Source: Octopus sinensis (taxonomy: Eukaryota). Taken from it: 64,000 nucleotides of DNA. Under the pieces are notes generated by a model that saw only the letters and a list, made by a program, of their open reading frames with translations, made no database searches and was not told the DNA's origin. Position 1 is the stretch's first letter. The number at the start of each line of letters is the position of its first letter. Shown piece after piece: positions 62,162 through 64,000 of this stretch. The DNA lies in assembly GCF_006345805.1 (NCBI RefSeq), contig NC_043003.1, positions 97,340,001 to 97,404,000 of the forward strand, in the 5' to 3' direction. Both the position numbers and the translations under genes were made by a program.

Positions 62162-62332
62162 AGACCACTTTCTAATATGGTATATTGAAAGCATTTTGAT
62201 TTATATAGGCTCATCACTATAATCTATAGTGATTGGTTAATGTACCTATCATGTGAGTGTTGAACCCTGCGTTGTGATTGGTTGAGTGTTGCGCCGGAAA
62301 TCAATCGAAGGTTCAACAACTGGTGTCAGATA

Positions 62333-62700
62333 CGGAAAGAGTACGGTTATCGATTGAGTCTATCATAAAGATTGTGCCGCCTCCCTCCTTTAACAAGGAA
62401 AAGGAGGCGTCATTCTTCTGCGTAGTAGCCATAGTGAAAGAGACAGTATGGGTAACGCGTGGAAGGGAAATTAAGACAGGCAACTTTATCTCCGAACACG
62501 GGTTGGTTAGTTTTTTAACTACCACCTGTCCAGGAAGATCAGTCAAGAGAAGAGGTGCCTGCTTCAAAGAACGTTTGAAGAAAGATGGACAAAGGTCGTA
62601 AGGAAGTTGAGAGTGAATAAGGGCGCGCTAGTGTAGCTGGTCTGAACGGAAAAGAAGGAAAAAACGGAAGAAAAAGCAAAAAAATTAATATAAGAGTAAA
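62333..62700 (+). mobile_element. Tx1/L1-like LINE ORF2 C-terminal fragment
   Basis: SIESIIKIVPPPSFNKEKEASFFCVVAIVKETVWVTR...FEERWTKV with one frameshift. Confidence 0.65.
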
Positions 62701-63454
62701 AAAAAAGGGAAAAAACAGGCGGGTCGAGCACAAACCCAGAAAAATATATCATCATTTAATTTCTAATTCATTTCGCTAAACATTTCGCCCGGCTTGCTAA
62801 CGATTCTGTCTGCTCGCCACCTTTAATTTGCGTGATATTGATGTTTCAAACATAGATCTGAAAAAAGTGAAATATGCTAAAGTCATGAAAATTAGAGGTC
62901 ATAACCGAGAGAAGAGATTGGTCTGAAAAGGCTCCTAAAAATGTTATTTTCTAAATTCTATTAGCGTTATCGTAATCTACGCCCTTGAACACTTCTCTCT
63001 GTAAAATTCCATCGAAAACTATACATTTTCCATAAGTTGTGAGGAAAGAAATTCGGAAGGTGGGTGGCAAGAAACCGGAATTATGTCTTAACACAATTTG
63101 ACAACTTCGTTTTCACCTAAATAAATCTACTGCAACGACGTGGTTTTTGTCATTTCTGTTTGCCTATCAATCTTGCCGGAATTTATTATCCTTCGATAGT
63201 CACGTAAAACGCATTGACATCATAGGGCAACAACTTCGGCACGGTTAGTTGTTTGAAAGAAAACTACACAAACATGGCTACCTATGCTTTTATTGTTATT
63301 ACTACAACTGCTACTATTGTTTCTAAACGGTGGCTTTTAACGGGTGGAGAGCTGAACCATCCTGGGGGTACAGAGGATTCGCAATTTAGACTAGGGTCTG
63401 AAAGTTTACCACACCATAGTGGGTTACACCATGGTTACTCTGCTTTGTGGCAGA

Positions 63455-63640
63455 AGTAGGAAGAAAGAGTGAGAGAAAGTTGTGGTGAAAGAGTACAGCG
63501 GGGTTCACCCCACCCCCCACTGGAGCCTCGTGGAGCTTAGGTGTTTTTGCTCAATAAACACTCACAATGCCCGGTCAGGGAATCGAAACCGCGTTCTTAC
63601 GACCGCGAGTCCGCTGCCCTAATCACTGGGCCATTGCGCC
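63455..63640 (-). mobile_element. SINE family C
   Basis: Minus-strand head ggcgcaatggcccagtgattagggc...gtttcgattccc. Body matches 1265-1450. Confidence 0.78.
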
Positions 63641-64000
63641 TCTACATTGCTGTTGCTGCATACTGTTTCTACTATTACTGCAGTTCTACTGCTTATACTG
63701 CTGCAGCTATTGCTGCTACAACTGTTGCCAGTACTGCTTCTTCTGCTGCTACCACTGCATAGTAACCACTGTATTACTACTGCTGCTGCTGCGGCTCCTA
63801 CTGCTGCTAAAACAAAGTAAGACGACACGTCAACCCAGCAGTCCTTAAAACCCTATGTATTATTATTCTGACACTAACATAATGTAGTCACCCTTTATAT
63901 CATTTAGTAGTTTTCTTTCTTTTCTTTTTTTTATCTGATGGTAGTTACATGACCCCACTGTCTGAGCCTTGGATACCTTTAATATAGTTTACTTTGTTGC

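Overview
Eukaryotic, AT-rich, repeat-dense genomic window. It is most likely from an octopus or other coleoid cephalopod; this is inferred from the style of the C2H2 gene and the tRNA-derived SINE families and was not verified by search. There is one clear host gene: a minus-strand C2H2 zinc-finger CDS (8740-11076, 26 fingers) in which fingers 6-15 are repeated as an exact 840-bp tandem duplication. The rest is layered mobile DNA. This includes a very young Ty3/gypsy element with near-identical LTRs (22349-26847), an old CsRN1-like gypsy element with nested CR1 and SINE insertions (53300-59254), and mariner and maT transposons. It also includes many non-autonomous Helitrons, fold-back/MITE elements, LINE fragments (RTE, CR1, Tx1-like, Hero/R2-like), at least four SINE families and long microsatellites. 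The most unusual observations are: several hammerhead-ribozyme cores on the minus strand in short (TA)n-bounded Penelope/retrozyme-like units (45.7-46.3, 49.3 and 51.4 kb); a SINE trimer inserted as one event; a Tx1-like LINE 3' end carrying the same tail as the commonest SINE; and palindromic Helitron-terminus mini-elements. All calls were made by eye, and boundaries of old repeats are approximate.
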